Positions 20,680 through 31,352 of a stretch of 64,000 nucleotides of DNA are shown in pieces. Each line of letters starts with the position of its first letter. Positions within the stretch are counted from its first letter, which is position 1. The notes beneath the pieces were generated by a model that saw only the letters and a list, made by a program, of their open reading frames with translations, did no database searches and was not told the DNA's origin. Position numbers and translations under genes: made by a program. Source of the stretch: Thalassobaculaceae bacterium (lineage in GTDB: Bacteria; Pseudomonadota; Alphaproteobacteria; Thalassobaculales; Thalassobaculaceae); the NCBI GenBank assembly GCA_965228875.1, contig OZ245843.1, positions 1,532,616 to 1,596,615 on the forward strand, given 5' to 3'.

Positions 20680-21978
20680 ATGCACGAGTATCCGATGCCG
20701 AGACGTCTCTCCCTGCTGTCCCTCGTCGCCTCGCTGGCCCTGGTCGCCGCCGTCATGAGTCCGGCCGGGTCCGCCGCGCAGGCCCAGGAGATGCAGCGGA
20801 TCGCCGCCGTCGTGAACGACGACATCGTCACTTTGCGCGACCTGCGCAACCGCATCGAGATGGTAATCGTCACCTCGCGGTTGCCGCGGAACAACGAGAC
20901 CGCCCGCCGTCTGGCGCCGCAGGTCCTGCGGACGCTGATTGACGAGCAGCTCCAGATCCAGGAGGCGGAGCGGCAGAACCTCACTCTGAACGACGCCGAA
21001 ATGGGACGGGCCCGAAGCGATCTGGAGGCGCGCAACGGTCTGCGTCCCGGTCAGTTCGACGAGTTCGTCGCCCGGCTGGGCGTCGACCCGGCGACCGTCG
21101 AGCGGCAGCTGCGGGCGAACCTGCTCTGGTCGAAGCTGGTGCAGCGGCGCTTCGCCGGTCAGGTGGAGATCAGCGAGGAGGAGGTGAACGAGACCCTCGC
21201 ACGTCTCTCCGAACAGGTCGGCAAGGAGCAGAAACGGGTCTCCGAGATCCTGCTGACGATCGACGATCCGGCCCGCGAGGACGAGGTCGTCCAGCTTGCC
21301 GACCGGCTGGTGTCGCAGCTGCGCGGCGGCGCCTCGTTCGCCTCTGTCGCCCGTCAGTTCTCTCAGGCGGCCAACGCCAATGTCGGCGGCGATATCGGCT
21401 GGGTGCTCGGCGATCAGCTGTCGCCGCAGATCGCCGATGCGGTCGAGGGCCTGGCGGACGGGCAGATCTCCGATCCGATCCGCACGGTCATCGGCTACCA
21501 CATCCTCCAGGTTGCCGAGACCCGGATCCTCGCCAAGCCCGATCCGCAGACCGCGACGCTGCGGCTGAGCCAGATTTTCCTGCCGGTGCGCCCCGGCGAC
21601 GACGCGATCCAGCGGGCGGCGCAGACCGAACTGGTCCGGAACGTGATCCGGGACGCCGAGAGCTGCGAGGACCTTGCGAAGCTCGGCAAACAGGCAGGCT
21701 CTCCGGTGTCCCCGGATCTCGGCGAGTCCCGCCTCGGCGAACTGCCGGCGAACCTGCGCGATCCGGTGGCCGCGCTTCGGGTGGGTGAGATGACGCAGCC
21801 CATCGACCTGCCCAACGGGGTCATGGCGGTGATGGTCTGCGACCGTCAGGAAGCCGCAGCGAACCTGCCCGATCCGGAGCAGATCCGCCGTCAGCTCGAG
21901 AACCAGCGCTTCGAGGTCCTGGCCCAGCGGTACCTGCGCGACCTGCGCCAGGCCGCGTTCGTCGAGACCCGTGTCTGA
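20680..21978 (+). CDS. surA: SurA-like peptidyl-prolyl isomerase chaperone
   Basis: RIAAVVNDDIVT and parvulin domain (FASVARQFS..GGDIGW); lptD-surA-pdxA-rsmA order. The start may be 20695. Confidence 0.9.
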   Translation: MHEYPMPRRLSLLSLVASLALVAAVMSPAGSAAQAQEMQRIAAVVNDDIVTLRDLRNRIEMVIVTSRLPRNNETARRLAPQVLRTLIDEQLQIQEAERQNLTLNDAEMGRARSDLEARNGLRPGQFDEFVARLGVDPATVERQLRANLLWSKLVQRRFAGQVEISEEEVNETLARLSEQVGKEQKRVSEILLTIDDPAREDEVVQLADRLVSQLRGGASFASVARQFSQAANANVGGDIGWVLGDQLSPQIADAVEGLADGQISDPIRTVIGYHILQVAETRILAKPDPQTATLRLSQIFLPVRPGDDAIQRAAQTELVRNVIRDAESCEDLAKLGKQAGSPVSPDLGESRLGELPANLRDPVAALRVGEMTQPIDLPNGVMAVMVCDRQEAAANLPDPEQIRRQLENQRFEVLAQRYLRDLRQAAFVETRV

Positions 21979-22975
21979 CCCCGCCCTCGCCGTCACTCCG
22001 GGAGAGCCCGCCGGTGTCGGCCTCGACCTGACGCTGGGACTCTGGGCCGGCCGCGACGCCACCACGCCGCCGTTTTTCCTGATCGACGACCCGGCGCGGG
22101 TGCGGCAGCGGGCCACACGCATCGGTGTCCCGGTGGAGATCGCCGAGCTCGCCGACCCGCGGTGCGCCGGCGATGCCTTCGCCGACGCCCTCCCGGTTCT
22201 GCCCCACGCCTTCCCGGCCGACAGCATTCCCGGCCGCCCGGACCCGACGAACGGGCCGGCGACGGTCGAGGCCATCGCCCGCGCGGTCGACCTGGTGCGA
22301 TCAGGCGCCGCCTCGGCCGTCGTGACCAATCCGATCCAGAAGGAGACTCTCTACCAGGCCGGATTCGACCATCCGGGGCACACCGAGTATCTCGCCGCCC
22401 TGTCGGGACCCGGAACCGTGCCGGTGATGCTGCTGGCCGCGCCGGCGCTGAAGGTCGTGCCGGTGACGATCCACATTCCGCTGAGCGAGGTGCCGCGGCA
22501 ACTCACCACGGAGACGATCCTGGTCACGGCCCGGGTCACCGCCGACGCCCTGCGCCGCGATTTCGGTATCGCGCGCCCCCGACTGGCCCTGGCCGGGCTG
22601 AACCCCCATGCCGGCGAAGGCGGCGCGCTCGGCCGCGAGGACGGCGACGTGATCGCGCCGGCCGTGGCCGTCCTGCGGTCTGAAGGGATCGACGCGCGTG
22701 GCCCGCTGCCGGCCGACACGCTGTTCCACGAGGAAGCACGGGCGACCTACGACGTGGCACTCGGCATGTACCACGACCAGGTCCTGGTGCCGCTGAAGAC
22801 CCTCGATTTCTGGGGCGGCGTGAACGTCACCCTGGGCCTGCCGTTCGTGCGGACATCGCCGGACCACGGAACCGCCCTCGAGTTGGCCGGCACCGGCCGC
22901 GCCCGGGTCGACAGCCTGAAGGCCGCACTGGAACTGGCCGACGCGATGGCCCGGCGGCGCGCGGCCGCCGGATGA
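21971..22975 (+). CDS. pdxA: 4-hydroxythreonine-4-phosphate dehydrogenase
   Basis: [37 protein letters not shown]. Confidence 0.97.
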   Translation: MSDPALAVTPGEPAGVGLDLTLGLWAGRDATTPPFFLIDDPARVRQRATRIGVPVEIAELADPRCAGDAFADALPVLPHAFPADSIPGRPDPTNGPATVEAIARAVDLVRSGAASAVVTNPIQKETLYQAGFDHPGHTEYLAALSGPGTVPVMLLAAPALKVVPVTIHIPLSEVPRQLTTETILVTARVTADALRRDFGIARPRLALAGLNPHAGEGGALGREDGDVIAPAVAVLRSEGIDARGPLPADTLFHEEARATYDVALGMYHDQVLVPLKTLDFWGGVNVTLGLPFVRTSPDHGTALELAGTGRARVDSLKAALELADAMARRRAAAG

Positions 22976-23865
22976 CGCCCGAACGTCCGCAATCCGAGGT
23001 CGCTGCCCAGGTCGCTGCCCAGGTCTCTGCTCTGCCGCCTCTACGCGAGGCGATCGCGGCCGCCGGCATGTCGGCGCGCAAGTCCCTCGGTCAGAACTTC
23101 CTGCTCGACCTGAACCTCACCCGACGGATCGCCCGCGCCGCCGGCGACCTGTCCACCGGCACGACCATCGAGGTGGGACCCGGACCGGGAGGGCTGACGC
23201 GCGGCCTGTTGCTGGAGGGCGCGGCCCATGTGGTGGCGGTCGAGCGCGACCCCCGCGCCGCCGAGGTCCTCGCCCCGCTGATCGAGGCGGCCGGCGGGGC
23301 GCTGACCCTGATCGAGGGTGACGCGCTGAAGGTCGACCTCGCCGCCACCGGCACGGCTCCCAGACGGATCGTCGCCAATCTGCCCTATAACGTCGGTACC
23401 CGGCTGCTGCTCGCCTGGCTGCGCACCCCGCAGGCGTTCGAATCCCTGACCCTGATGTTTCAGCGCGAGGTCGCCGACCGGCTGACCGCCGCCCCCGGCA
23501 GCGACGCCTATGGTCGGCTCACCATCCTGGTCGCCTGGCTGTGCGATGCTCGCAAGGTGATGGACGTGCCGCCCACCGCCTTCACGCCACCGCCGAAGAT
23601 CTGGTCGAGCGTGGTCCGCCTGGTTCCCCGCGCCGCCCCGCTGGCGCCCGCCGACCGCACCGCACTTGAGGCGATTACCGAGGCCGCCTTCTCGCAGCGC
23701 CGCAAGATGCTGCGCCAGAGCCTCAAGCGGCTCGGCGGCGACACCCTGATCGAAGCCGCCGGCCTAGATCCGACGCTGCGCCCGGAGCGGCTCACGGTCG
23801 AGGAGTTCTGCCGACTGGCCAACGCGCTGACCGACAGAAAGCAGGGCGAGAAAGGACCCCAATGA
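22972..23865 (+). CDS. rsmA: 16S rRNA adenine dimethyltransferase
   Basis: [29 protein letters not shown]. Confidence 0.97.
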   Translation: MTPERPQSEVAAQVAAQVSALPPLREAIAAAGMSARKSLGQNFLLDLNLTRRIARAAGDLSTGTTIEVGPGPGGLTRGLLLEGAAHVVAVERDPRAAEVLAPLIEAAGGALTLIEGDALKVDLAATGTAPRRIVANLPYNVGTRLLLAWLRTPQAFESLTLMFQREVADRLTAAPGSDAYGRLTILVAWLCDARKVMDVPPTAFTPPPKIWSSVVRLVPRAAPLAPADRTALEAITEAAFSQRRKMLRQSLKRLGGDTLIEAAGLDPTLRPERLTVEEFCRLANALTDRKQGEKGPQ

Positions 23866-24362
23866 CGGGCAACGACATCCTGGCGCAGAGCCGCCACTAC
23901 GGCGACGGCGTGACGGTACGGCCGGCGGCGATGGACGACGTCAGGGCGATCATCGAACTGCTGGTCGACGATCCGCTGGGCAAGACGCGCGAACGGCTGG
24001 AGGACCCACTGCCGGTAAGCTACCTGCGCGCCTTCGACGCAATGGCGGCCCAGGGCGGCAACGCCTACCTGGTCGCCGAGCGCGGCGGCACGGTCATCGG
24101 GTGCCAGCAGCTTACCTTTATCGCCGGACTCAGCCGAGAGGGCATGACCCGCGCCAACGTCGAGGGGGTGCGCATCGCCGCCGCGGCGCGCGGCCTCGGT
24201 CTCGGCCGCATTCTGATGCGCGACGCCATCGACCGGGCCCGCGACGCCGGCTGCGGTCTGGTGCAGCTCACCACCGACGCGCGGCGCGAGGACGCCCGCC
24301 GGTTCTACGAGAGCCTCGGCTTCGTCCCCTCCCATGTGGGAATGAAGCTGGCCCTGGATTGA
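23862..24362 (+). CDS. GNAT family N-acetyltransferase
   Basis: RGLGLG acetyl-CoA loop, [14 protein letters not shown]. Confidence 0.9.
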   Translation: MTGNDILAQSRHYGDGVTVRPAAMDDVRAIIELLVDDPLGKTRERLEDPLPVSYLRAFDAMAAQGGNAYLVAERGGTVIGCQQLTFIAGLSREGMTRANVEGVRIAAAARGLGLGRILMRDAIDRARDAGCGLVQLTTDARREDARRFYESLGFVPSHVGMKLALD

Positions 24363-24463
24363 TCGGCCACGGCCCCGCCCGGCCCGTCGCCCCGGCTCGG
24401 CCGGTGACCGTTATCGGGGCCGAAGCCGGGACTGATATCGGGACGGCGGTGGAACCGCCTGCC

Positions 24464-26164
24464 CTACGCGATCCACTCCGATACCGGTGCTGCGGCTTCG
24501 TGCAGCGGCTGGGAGATCACGTCGACCAGGGTCGGGCCGTCATGCTCCAGAGCCTGCTTCATGACCGACTTGAACTCCGCCGGATCCTCGACCCGCCATG
24601 ACTTCACGCCGAAGGCGCTGGCCACCGCCGCGTGGTCGGTGCGGTCGAAGTCGACGTTATAGTACCGCTTGCCGAACCCGGAATCCTGGCCGGCCTTGAT
24701 CCAGCCATAGACCGAGTTGGAGAACACGATCGACTTGATCGGCAGCTTGTTGCGCACGATGGTCTCGAACTCGCCGCAGCAGAAACCGAACGACCCGTCG
24801 CCCATCACCGACAGCACCTGGGAGTTCGGCCGTCCGACCTGCGCTCCCATGGCGGCCGCCAGCGAGAAACCGAGGGCACCGTGCGCCCGGTTGGTGATGA
24901 AGTGCCGGCCCGGCACGCGCCAGCGGTAATGAGCCGAGAAATACGGACACGGCGTGCCCGGATCGGCGACGATCACCGCGTCGTCGTCCAGGATGTCCAT
25001 CAGCCCCTGGATCACCACCTCCGGCTTGATCGGCCGGTCCTGGCTGGCCGCCAGAGGCCCGTAATCGTCCAGCTTGCCCTTCCAGGCGGCGGCGGCGCGC
25101 TCGGCCCCGTTCTGCTGGGCCAGGCCGGATCGGCCCTCCAGCTCGGCCACCAGGGCATCCAGCGCGAGGCGGGCGTCGGCGCAGATCGCCACCGCGGTCG
25201 GATAGTTGGCCCCGATCACCATCGGATCGCTGTCGATATGGATGATGGTCTTGTCGGTCGACGGCCAGCGCCAGCGCTCGGTCGTCACCGAACCGGCACG
25301 GCAGCCGACGAACAGCACCACGTCCGCCGCCTCCACGACGTCGCGCGTCGACTGTACGCCGCCATTCGTGCCGACCACGCCGACGGCGCGGGGATCGGTC
25401 TCGGCGATGGCGCCCTGGCCCGACACGGTCGTGGCGATGGGCAGGTCCAGCAGCGCGGCCAGGCGCGCCAGCGGCGCCTCGGCGCCGGCGATCACCGGAC
25501 CGCCGCCGCAGATGGCGATCGCCGACTTCGCCTTGCCCAGAATCTCGGCCGCCTCGCGGATCGCATCCGGATCGGGACCGCCGCGCTCGGCGGGGTAGGT
25601 CTGGTGGCGCGGATCGGCCCAAAGTTCCGCCGCGTCCACAGGGCCCTTCTGGGTGTCGAACGGCAGCGCCAGGTGCACGGCACCCGGACGGCCCGTGGTC
25701 ATCGCCCGGAACGCCGAGCGCATCATCGCCGGCAGCCGACTGGCATCGTCCAGGCTGGTGTTCCACTTGGTCAGCGGGCGCATCATCGAGACCTGGTCCA
25801 GCTCGGTCAGCGGGTAGCGGCCGCGCGCGGTCGTCGACACGTCGGTCGTGATGGCCAGGATCGGCACGGAACTCTCGTTCGCCTCCACCAGCCCCGGCAG
25901 GATATAGGTCGCGCCGCCGCCGGACGGCCCCTCGCACACGCCGGGCTTGCCGGTGACCCGGGCGTAGGCGTCGGCCATGTAGGCGGCGTGGCGCTCGTCA
26001 CGGGTCAGGATGTGGTGGATGTTGTGGTCGAGCCGGGCGAGCGCGTCGTAGAACGGCAGTGTGGTGTCGCCGCACAGGCCGAACATGTGCGTGACGCCAT
26101 GGGCCTCCAGCATCCGCACCATGGCCTCCGCCCCCGTCGGCCGATTGTCTCCGTCGCTCGCCAT
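24464..26164 (-). CDS. Thiamine pyrophosphate-binding enzyme (acetolactate synthase large subunit-like)
   Basis: RDERHAAYMADAYARVTG and the GDGSFG...N TPP motif; AGGAGGA RBS. Confidence 0.9.
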   Translation of the reverse strand: MASDGDNRPTGAEAMVRMLEAHGVTHMFGLCGDTTLPFYDALARLDHNIHHILTRDERHAAYMADAYARVTGKPGVCEGPSGGGATYILPGLVEANESSVPILAITTDVSTTARGRYPLTELDQVSMMRPLTKWNTSLDDASRLPAMMRSAFRAMTTGRPGAVHLALPFDTQKGPVDAAELWADPRHQTYPAERGGPDPDAIREAAEILGKAKSAIAICGGGPVIAGAEAPLARLAALLDLPIATTVSGQGAIAETDPRAVGVVGTNGGVQSTRDVVEAADVVLFVGCRAGSVTTERWRWPSTDKTIIHIDSDPMVIGANYPTAVAICADARLALDALVAELEGRSGLAQQNGAERAAAAWKGKLDDYGPLAASQDRPIKPEVVIQGLMDILDDDAVIVADPGTPCPYFSAHYRWRVPGRHFITNRAHGALGFSLAAAMGAQVGRPNSQVLSVMGDGSFGFCCGEFETIVRNKLPIKSIVFSNSVYGWIKAGQDSGFGKRYYNVDFDRTDHAAVASAFGVKSWRVEDPAEFKSVMKQALEHDGPTLVDVISQPLHEAAAPVSEWIA

Positions 26165-26378
26165 TCTCGATCGTCCTCCTGAAAGTGAGGCCGGGACCAT
26201 ACCCGAGGGCGGTATGGCAGGGCCAGCCGGACGGGACCGGAATCCGACGTCCCGACCCCGTCATCGAAGAATAGCATCCTTGCCGAAAAACGACAGCTCG
26301 GGACCATACCGCGATAGCGACGCGCGCCCTGCACAGGAGGGTTGTGCCATGGCGCGACGCCGCCGTCGGCCGAGGCCG

Positions 26379-26747
26379 TCAGGCGTCTCCGTCCTGTCGC
26401 ACGACGCCGGTCGCCCAGGCGACCCCGACGGTGAGTCCCTTCATGTAGGGCAGGGTCACGACGCACATCGCCAGCGTCAGCGGCAGCCAGACCGCCGCCA
26501 TGACCCAGATCGGCGGGTCCCACTCCCGCGACATCATGACGAGGAACGGCATCAGCAGGTGGCCGACCAGGAACAGGGTCAGGTACGGCGGCATGTCATC
26601 GCAGGGGTAGACGGTGTTGTCGGCGCCGCAGCACTCACACCTGTCCGAGACCTTGAGGAACTTGCGGAACAGGCGCCCCTCGCCGCATTGCGGGCAGCGG
26701 AGCCGCAGGCCCCGTCTCACACCCAGACCGATCGGCCGATCACCCAT
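26379..26747 (-). CDS. DUF983 family zinc-ribbon membrane protein
   Basis: RGLRLRCPQCGEGRLF..CECCG..DDMPPY followed by two TM segments; GGGAGG RBS. Confidence 0.85.
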   Translation of the reverse strand: MGDRPIGLGVRRGLRLRCPQCGEGRLFRKFLKVSDRCECCGADNTVYPCDDMPPYLTLFLVGHLLMPFLVMMSREWDPPIWVMAAVWLPLTLAMCVVTLPYMKGLTVGVAWATGVVRQDGDA

Positions 26748-26911
26748 TCTGTTCCTCCCGTGCTGCGCCGGTACGTGCCGGCGACGGCGAACAGACACCG
26801 ACGCCGGCTCCAACGCAATGCGGCCGACTGACGCCGGCCGCTTGCACGTTCGTATGTCCGGGGGACGAGCCCTCGCGGACGTCCAGGGGACAGGCCCCCG
26901 CCGCGGCGCGA

Positions 26912-28087
26912 TCAGGCGCTGCGGTACAGTTTGGTGAGCACGAACTCCACATGCCCCAGCGCCTCGGCCGCGGCGTGGCGACCGTTGGCGGTGCGCACGA
27001 TCATCTCGATCAGGCTGTCGCCGGCCTCGTCGATGGTCTGGGTCCCCTTCAGCACACCGGAGACGTCGACATCGACATGCTCGCTCATGGTGCGGACCGT
27101 GCGCGGGTTTCCGGTGATCTTGATCACCGGCACGATCGGGTTGCCGATCACGTTGCCCTGCCCGGTCGGGAAGGTGTGGATGACGTATCCCGCCGCCGCC
27201 ATCAGCGTCACGCATTCGGCCGCAGCACTCGACGTGTCCATGAAGTACAGGCCGTTGCCCTTCTCCGGCGCCTCCGCCGGCTCCAGAACGTCGATGTATT
27301 TCGAGGTGCGGCCGATCTTCTCCAGGTTGCCGAGCGCCTTTTCCTCGATCGTCGTCAGCCCGCCCAGGATGTTGCCCTTGGTCGGCTGGCTGTCGGACAG
27401 GTCGGAGGTCTTGTGCGCCTCGATCACCTCGTCCTGATAGGCCTGGAAGGTGCGCAGAAACTTGTCCCGCGCCTCGTTGTTGGCGGCACGGTCGGCACAG
27501 ATGTGCTCCGCCCCGGTGATCTCCGAGGTCTCGCCGAAGCAGCCGTACAGGCCGTGCGGCAGCAGCTTGTCGTACATGTTGCCCACCGTGGGGCAGCTCG
27601 ACAGGCCGGTCGTGGTGTCGCTCTCGCCGCACTTGGTGGAGACCCAGAGCTCGTTGAGCCCGCACTCCTCCTTCTGCAGCTCCGTCGCCCAGTGCACGAA
27701 CTCCTTGGCCTTCCAGCTGGCCTGGCGGATCGTCTCGAAGTCGCCCTTCTGCTCGATGGAGAAGCCCTCCACCGGCTTGCCGGTCTTGGCGATGCCGTCG
27801 ACGATCACCTTGGTCCATTCCGGCTCGATGCCGATCACCACCACGGCGGCGACGTTCGGGTTCGCACCCGTGCCGATGATGGTGCGGAAGTGCAGATCCA
27901 GATCCTCGCCGAACTGCAGGCGCCCGTAGGCGTGCGGGATCGCCATCGTGCCCTTGACGTTGTTGGCGACGGCCTCGCAGGCGGCGTTGGAGATATCGTC
28001 CACCGGCAGGATGACGACGTGGTTGCGGACGGCGACACGGCCGTTCTCGCGGCGCCAGGCCTGAACGGTCTGATTGGCGTAATCCAT
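26912..28087 (-). CDS. suyB: (2R)-sulfolactate sulfo-lyase beta subunit (UxaA family)
   Basis: [43 protein letters not shown] and C-terminal TKLYRSA, recognised as SuyB-type. Confidence 0.85.
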   Translation of the reverse strand: MDYANQTVQAWRRENGRVAVRNHVVILPVDDISNAACEAVANNVKGTMAIPHAYGRLQFGEDLDLHFRTIIGTGANPNVAAVVVIGIEPEWTKVIVDGIAKTGKPVEGFSIEQKGDFETIRQASWKAKEFVHWATELQKEECGLNELWVSTKCGESDTTTGLSSCPTVGNMYDKLLPHGLYGCFGETSEITGAEHICADRAANNEARDKFLRTFQAYQDEVIEAHKTSDLSDSQPTKGNILGGLTTIEEKALGNLEKIGRTSKYIDVLEPAEAPEKGNGLYFMDTSSAAAECVTLMAAAGYVIHTFPTGQGNVIGNPIVPVIKITGNPRTVRTMSEHVDVDVSGVLKGTQTIDEAGDSLIEMIVRTANGRHAAAEALGHVEFVLTKLYRSA

Positions 28088-28101
28088 GGTCGTCGCTCCC
28101 C

Positions 28102-28392
28102 CTACCAGCGCTTGGTCTTCAGATTGTGCACGTGAACGTGCTTGCCCTTGGCGGCACCGCCGACCATGCGGCCGATATCCTCGCCGTACTTGATCGCCGT
28201 ATCGCCCTCCGACAGATCGCTCAGCGCCACCTTGTGGCCGATCGGCACGTCGTCGAGCACCTTCAGACGAAACGTCGAGTTGTCCTCGGTGATCCGGCAC
28301 AGCATGTCGGTTCCAGCGGCCAGTCCCTCGACCACCACCACGCCCACATTGTCCTTGCGGTCGTGAACCAGAAGATGCGGTTCCTCGCTCAT
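28102..28392 (-). CDS. suyA: (2R)-sulfolactate sulfo-lyase alpha subunit (SAF domain)
   Basis: [37 protein letters not shown]; immediately upstream of suyB. Confidence 0.85.
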   Translation of the reverse strand: MSEEPHLLVHDRKDNVGVVVVEGLAAGTDMLCRITEDNSTFRLKVLDDVPIGHKVALSDLSEGDTAIKYGEDIGRMVGGAAKGKHVHVHNLKTKRW

Positions 28393-28536
28393 GTGCTTCC
28401 TCTCTCAGAGCTGGTTCGTTCCGGGTCCGTTGTTCTAGAGCGGAGACACCCGCACGCGAAAGTGCCCGGTCGACCAGAGACTATCGCCTCGACGGACCAA
28501 CCGCCAAGAGACGCTGGCGAATTACCGCGACGGATC

Positions 28537-29787
28537 TCAGGAAGCGCGCTGCAGGCTGCTTGTCCGGTCCGGCGGAAACGTCACCACGGCGCGGGTGCCC
28601 CGTCCGATCTCGCTCTCCAGGGTCAGGCCGCCGCCCTGCAGTTTCATCAGGCTGATGCTGAGGGAAAGCCCAAGGCCGGTACCGTCCTTCGAGAGATGCG
28701 GATCGGACACCGCGCGCCCGAACGGTTTCTGGACAATCTCCAGATCCTGTCGGGAAATCCCGATACCGGTATCGGTGACGCGTACTTCCAGTCCGCCGTC
28801 GGCGTTGAGGGCGACCGACACGGCGACCGATCCGCCGGGATCGGTGAACTTGACCGCATTGGACAGCAGGTTCAGGAGAACCTGCATGGTTCGCGTCCGG
28901 TCCGCCTGGAGCGCCGGAAGGCCCGGCAAAACATCGACGGTAAGCGCGACGTCCCCTTTTTCGGCCTCCGCCGAGAGGATCGCGACGGCTTCGGTGACGG
29001 CGTCCGCGATGTCGAACTCGCTGTCGTGCAGGCTTTCCCGTCCGAGCGAGATCCGCGAGTGATCGAGGATGTTCCCGACAAGCCGGGAGAGATGCACGCC
29101 GGAGCGATGGATGTTCTCCGCGTACTCCACGTTCTTCGGGCTGCCGAGGGGCCCGAAGGTGCCGCTCGTCAGGACCTGGGAGAAACCGACGATCGCGTTG
29201 AGCGGCGTCCGCAGTTCGTGGCTGAGATGGGCCATGAAGGAGTCACGGATCCGACGGTTCTCGGCCTCTTCCGCCAGGGACGCCTCCAAGGCGGTCTGAT
29301 GCTCCACCTGCCGAATCATGCGGGCCAGAAAGAGCCCCGCCCAGACCGAGACCCACACCAAGATCGCGGCTGCCACCGCCAGAGGCACGATCATGTACCG
29401 GAAAAATGGGCCGGGCGTGGTGAGCGTGCTCACATAGACAAGCGCATGCCGCGTCTCGCCCGCCCCGGTGTCGCGATAGGTCCAGACATAGCGCCGGCTC
29501 GCCACATCGGCCCACCGCTCATGAACCGGCCGATCCTCGACGACCCTTAGAAGGATTTCCTTGGGCAGCGATCCGTCCAGCGCCCGCGCCTCGCGTCCGA
29601 CGATCTCGACCCCGATCAGGGTCTCCCCGGCCGCGACGTGCGCCGCCTTGCCGAACGCCTCAAGGAGATCGGTCTGTTTGACGATCGCCACGGACTGCGC
29701 ACCCTCATAGGAGACGTAAGCCAGGAAACCCAGCCCCGCCAACCCCAGGGTCCCTATGAGCGCGGCAAGCCGCGCCGCAAGGTGCAT
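28537..29787 (-). CDS. Membrane sensor histidine kinase (PleC/DivJ/PdhS-like DHp)
   Basis: Two TM segments; H-box SHELRTPLNAIVGFS; N box NLLSNAVKFT; G boxes DTGIG and GTGLGL; no adjacent response regulator. Confidence 0.9.
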   Translation of the reverse strand: MHLAARLAALIGTLGLAGLGFLAYVSYEGAQSVAIVKQTDLLEAFGKAAHVAAGETLIGVEIVGREARALDGSLPKEILLRVVEDRPVHERWADVASRRYVWTYRDTGAGETRHALVYVSTLTTPGPFFRYMIVPLAVAAAILVWVSVWAGLFLARMIRQVEHQTALEASLAEEAENRRIRDSFMAHLSHELRTPLNAIVGFSQVLTSGTFGPLGSPKNVEYAENIHRSGVHLSRLVGNILDHSRISLGRESLHDSEFDIADAVTEAVAILSAEAEKGDVALTVDVLPGLPALQADRTRTMQVLLNLLSNAVKFTDPGGSVAVSVALNADGGLEVRVTDTGIGISRQDLEIVQKPFGRAVSDPHLSKDGTGLGLSLSISLMKLQGGGLTLESEIGRGTRAVVTFPPDRTSSLQRAS

Positions 29788-30020
29788 TACAGCGGAGCCT
29801 TGTTTGTGCGGATACCGCCGAGACGGTACATCGGGCAGTGCGACAGCGCGGCGGAGATCAGGTTCACGGCGCCGAAGACTCCGACGAGGACGGAGACCAG
29901 CGCGTTCGGGATCAGCCCCCAATCATAGAAGCCGATATAGAGGCACACGGCGCCGAGAAGGAACCGCAACAGGCGGTCGATCAGATGCATGTTCGGGGCG
30001 GGCAAAGGGATGTTGCTCAT
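29787..30020 (-). CDS. DUF2892 (YgaP-like) small membrane protein
   Basis: NMxxxDRxxR, two TM segments, CPMY..GI.T; the stop overlaps the kinase start (TAATG). Confidence 0.8.
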   Translation of the reverse strand: MSNIPLPAPNMHLIDRLLRFLLGAVCLYIGFYDWGLIPNALVSVLVGVFGAVNLISAALSHCPMYRLGGIRTNKAPL

Positions 30021-30044
30021 GATGCATACCTACGTCATCAGACC

Positions 30045-30136
30045 TTTAGATTCTCTTAAGGTCGCTCGAAGTCCGCGCTGGGCACCCGCGGGCCATCAGA
30101 GGTATTTTGCAATAAAATTGCTTTAAAATGCCTTAA
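30045..30136 (-). promoter_or_regulatory. Two CtrA-box-like sites (TTAA-N7-TAAA on the minus strand)
   Basis: 30045-30059 TTTA-GATTCTC-TTAA and 30122-30136 TTTA-AAATGCC-TTAA; each is one mismatch from TTAA-N7-TTAA. Confidence 0.45.
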
Positions 30137-30221
30137 TGAATCCGGCACACCGACATCGAATCCTCGTCGCCGGTCGCGCACCCGCCATCCATCTCGGAAC
30201 GGTCTCTCAGATTTAGCGCCA

Positions 30222-30250
30222 GGGTCATCGCACGGTCACATCGTCGCCAC
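30222..30250 (+). promoter_or_regulatory. Pho-box-like direct repeats upstream of the TIM-barrel gene
   Basis: GGGTCAT-N4-CGGTCAC-N4-TCGCCAC with 11-bp period, then a -10-like TACGGT at 30262. Confidence 0.5.
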
Positions 30251-30323
30251 GTCGCCCTCGCTACGGTTCAGGCCGAACCACACATTCCGGCAGGTTCAGC
30301 CGGCTACCAGAGAGGATTACCAG

Positions 30324-31151
30324 ATGCAGGAAACTGCGCTCCCGCCCCTGCTCGGCGCGGCCATGCCGATCCGTGTTCTGCGCGATCTGCGCGACTGGAT
30401 CAGCGAACATGACCGAGACCTCGAACTGCAGGACTTCATCCGCGCCGACACCCTGAACGGCGACTGGAAACCCCTCGTCGCCGAAGCCAGGGACCTGCTC
30501 TCCGAGCATGAGGGTCGGGTCGGCATCCACGGGCCGTTCTGGGGCTTCTCGCTGGCCACCGAGGACCCGGACGTCCGTGAGATCGTCCGCAAACGCATGC
30601 AGCAGGGCTTGGACGTCTGCGAGGAACTGGGCGCCACGCAGATGGTCATCCACAGCCCGTTCACGACCTGGGGCCATAACAACTACGAGAACTATCCGAC
30701 CGGCCGGTCGGACCTGGTCGGTCGCGTACACACGGCACTGGAACACGCGGTCAGACGGGCCGAGGAGATCGACGTCGAACTGGTCATCGAGAACATCGAG
30801 GACAAGGATCCGACGGATCGGGTGAGACTGGTCGAGGGCTTCGCCAGCCGCGCGGTCCGGGTGTCGATCGACACCGGCCATGCCCATTACGCCCACGGCT
30901 CCACCGGCGCGCCGCCGGTCGACCGCTTTGTCACCGCGGCGGGTGATCTGCTGGCCCACATCCACCTGCAGGACGCCGACGGCTACGCCGACCGGCACTG
31001 GGCTCCCGGCGACGGCACGGTGCGATGGGCTTCGATCTTCAGGGCGGTCTCCACCCTGACCTCCAATCCGCGGCTGATCCTGGAGCTGCGCGATCACTCC
31101 GAGATCCTGAGAGGCGCCCAGCACCTGATCAATCTCGGTCTCGCGCGCTAA
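30324..31151 (+). CDS. Sugar phosphate isomerase/epimerase family (AP-endonuclease-2 TIM barrel) metalloenzyme
   Basis: IHGPF, MVIHS, VIENI, IDTGHA, HIHLQD..DRHW, ILE metal-ligand motifs. Confidence 0.85.
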   Translation: MQETALPPLLGAAMPIRVLRDLRDWISEHDRDLELQDFIRADTLNGDWKPLVAEARDLLSEHEGRVGIHGPFWGFSLATEDPDVREIVRKRMQQGLDVCEELGATQMVIHSPFTTWGHNNYENYPTGRSDLVGRVHTALEHAVRRAEEIDVELVIENIEDKDPTDRVRLVEGFASRAVRVSIDTGHAHYAHGSTGAPPVDRFVTAAGDLLAHIHLQDADGYADRHWAPGDGTVRWASIFRAVSTLTSNPRLILELRDHSEILRGAQHLINLGLAR

Positions 31152-31201
31152 AGCCCATTACGGCCGGGCGCCGATGACGCTCAGGACGGCGCCGCCGCCG
31201 A

Positions 31202-31219
31202 GTGTCATCGGGCCGTCAT
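31202..31219 (+). promoter_or_regulatory. Pho box upstream of ugpB
   Basis: GTGTCAT-CGGG-CCGTCAT, each half one mismatch from CTGTCAT-N4-CTGTCAT. Confidence 0.6.
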
Positions 31220-31352
31220 CGCTTTCGCGGAACGGTAAGCAAGACGTCACGGCACCGACGCTGCACCGCACTATGTAGTGTCTTGAACATCTCACGAAGC
31301 GGACACCCGTCCGCCCCTATCCTCGCCGCACCGCTAACCGAGGGAGGGTTCG

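Noticed and set aside
22997..23025. 12-bp tandem duplication at the rsmA N-terminus (VAAQ x2); similar short duplications in tfuA (GFGD x2) and ugpA (TDSF x2)
   Set aside because: Short, in-frame, two copies only; no evidence of function.
24464..26164. TPP enzyme as sulfoacetaldehyde acetyltransferase (xsc) linked to suyAB
   Set aside because: The sequence does not look like Xsc as I know it and no pta is adjacent; only a generic TPP-enzyme call is supported.
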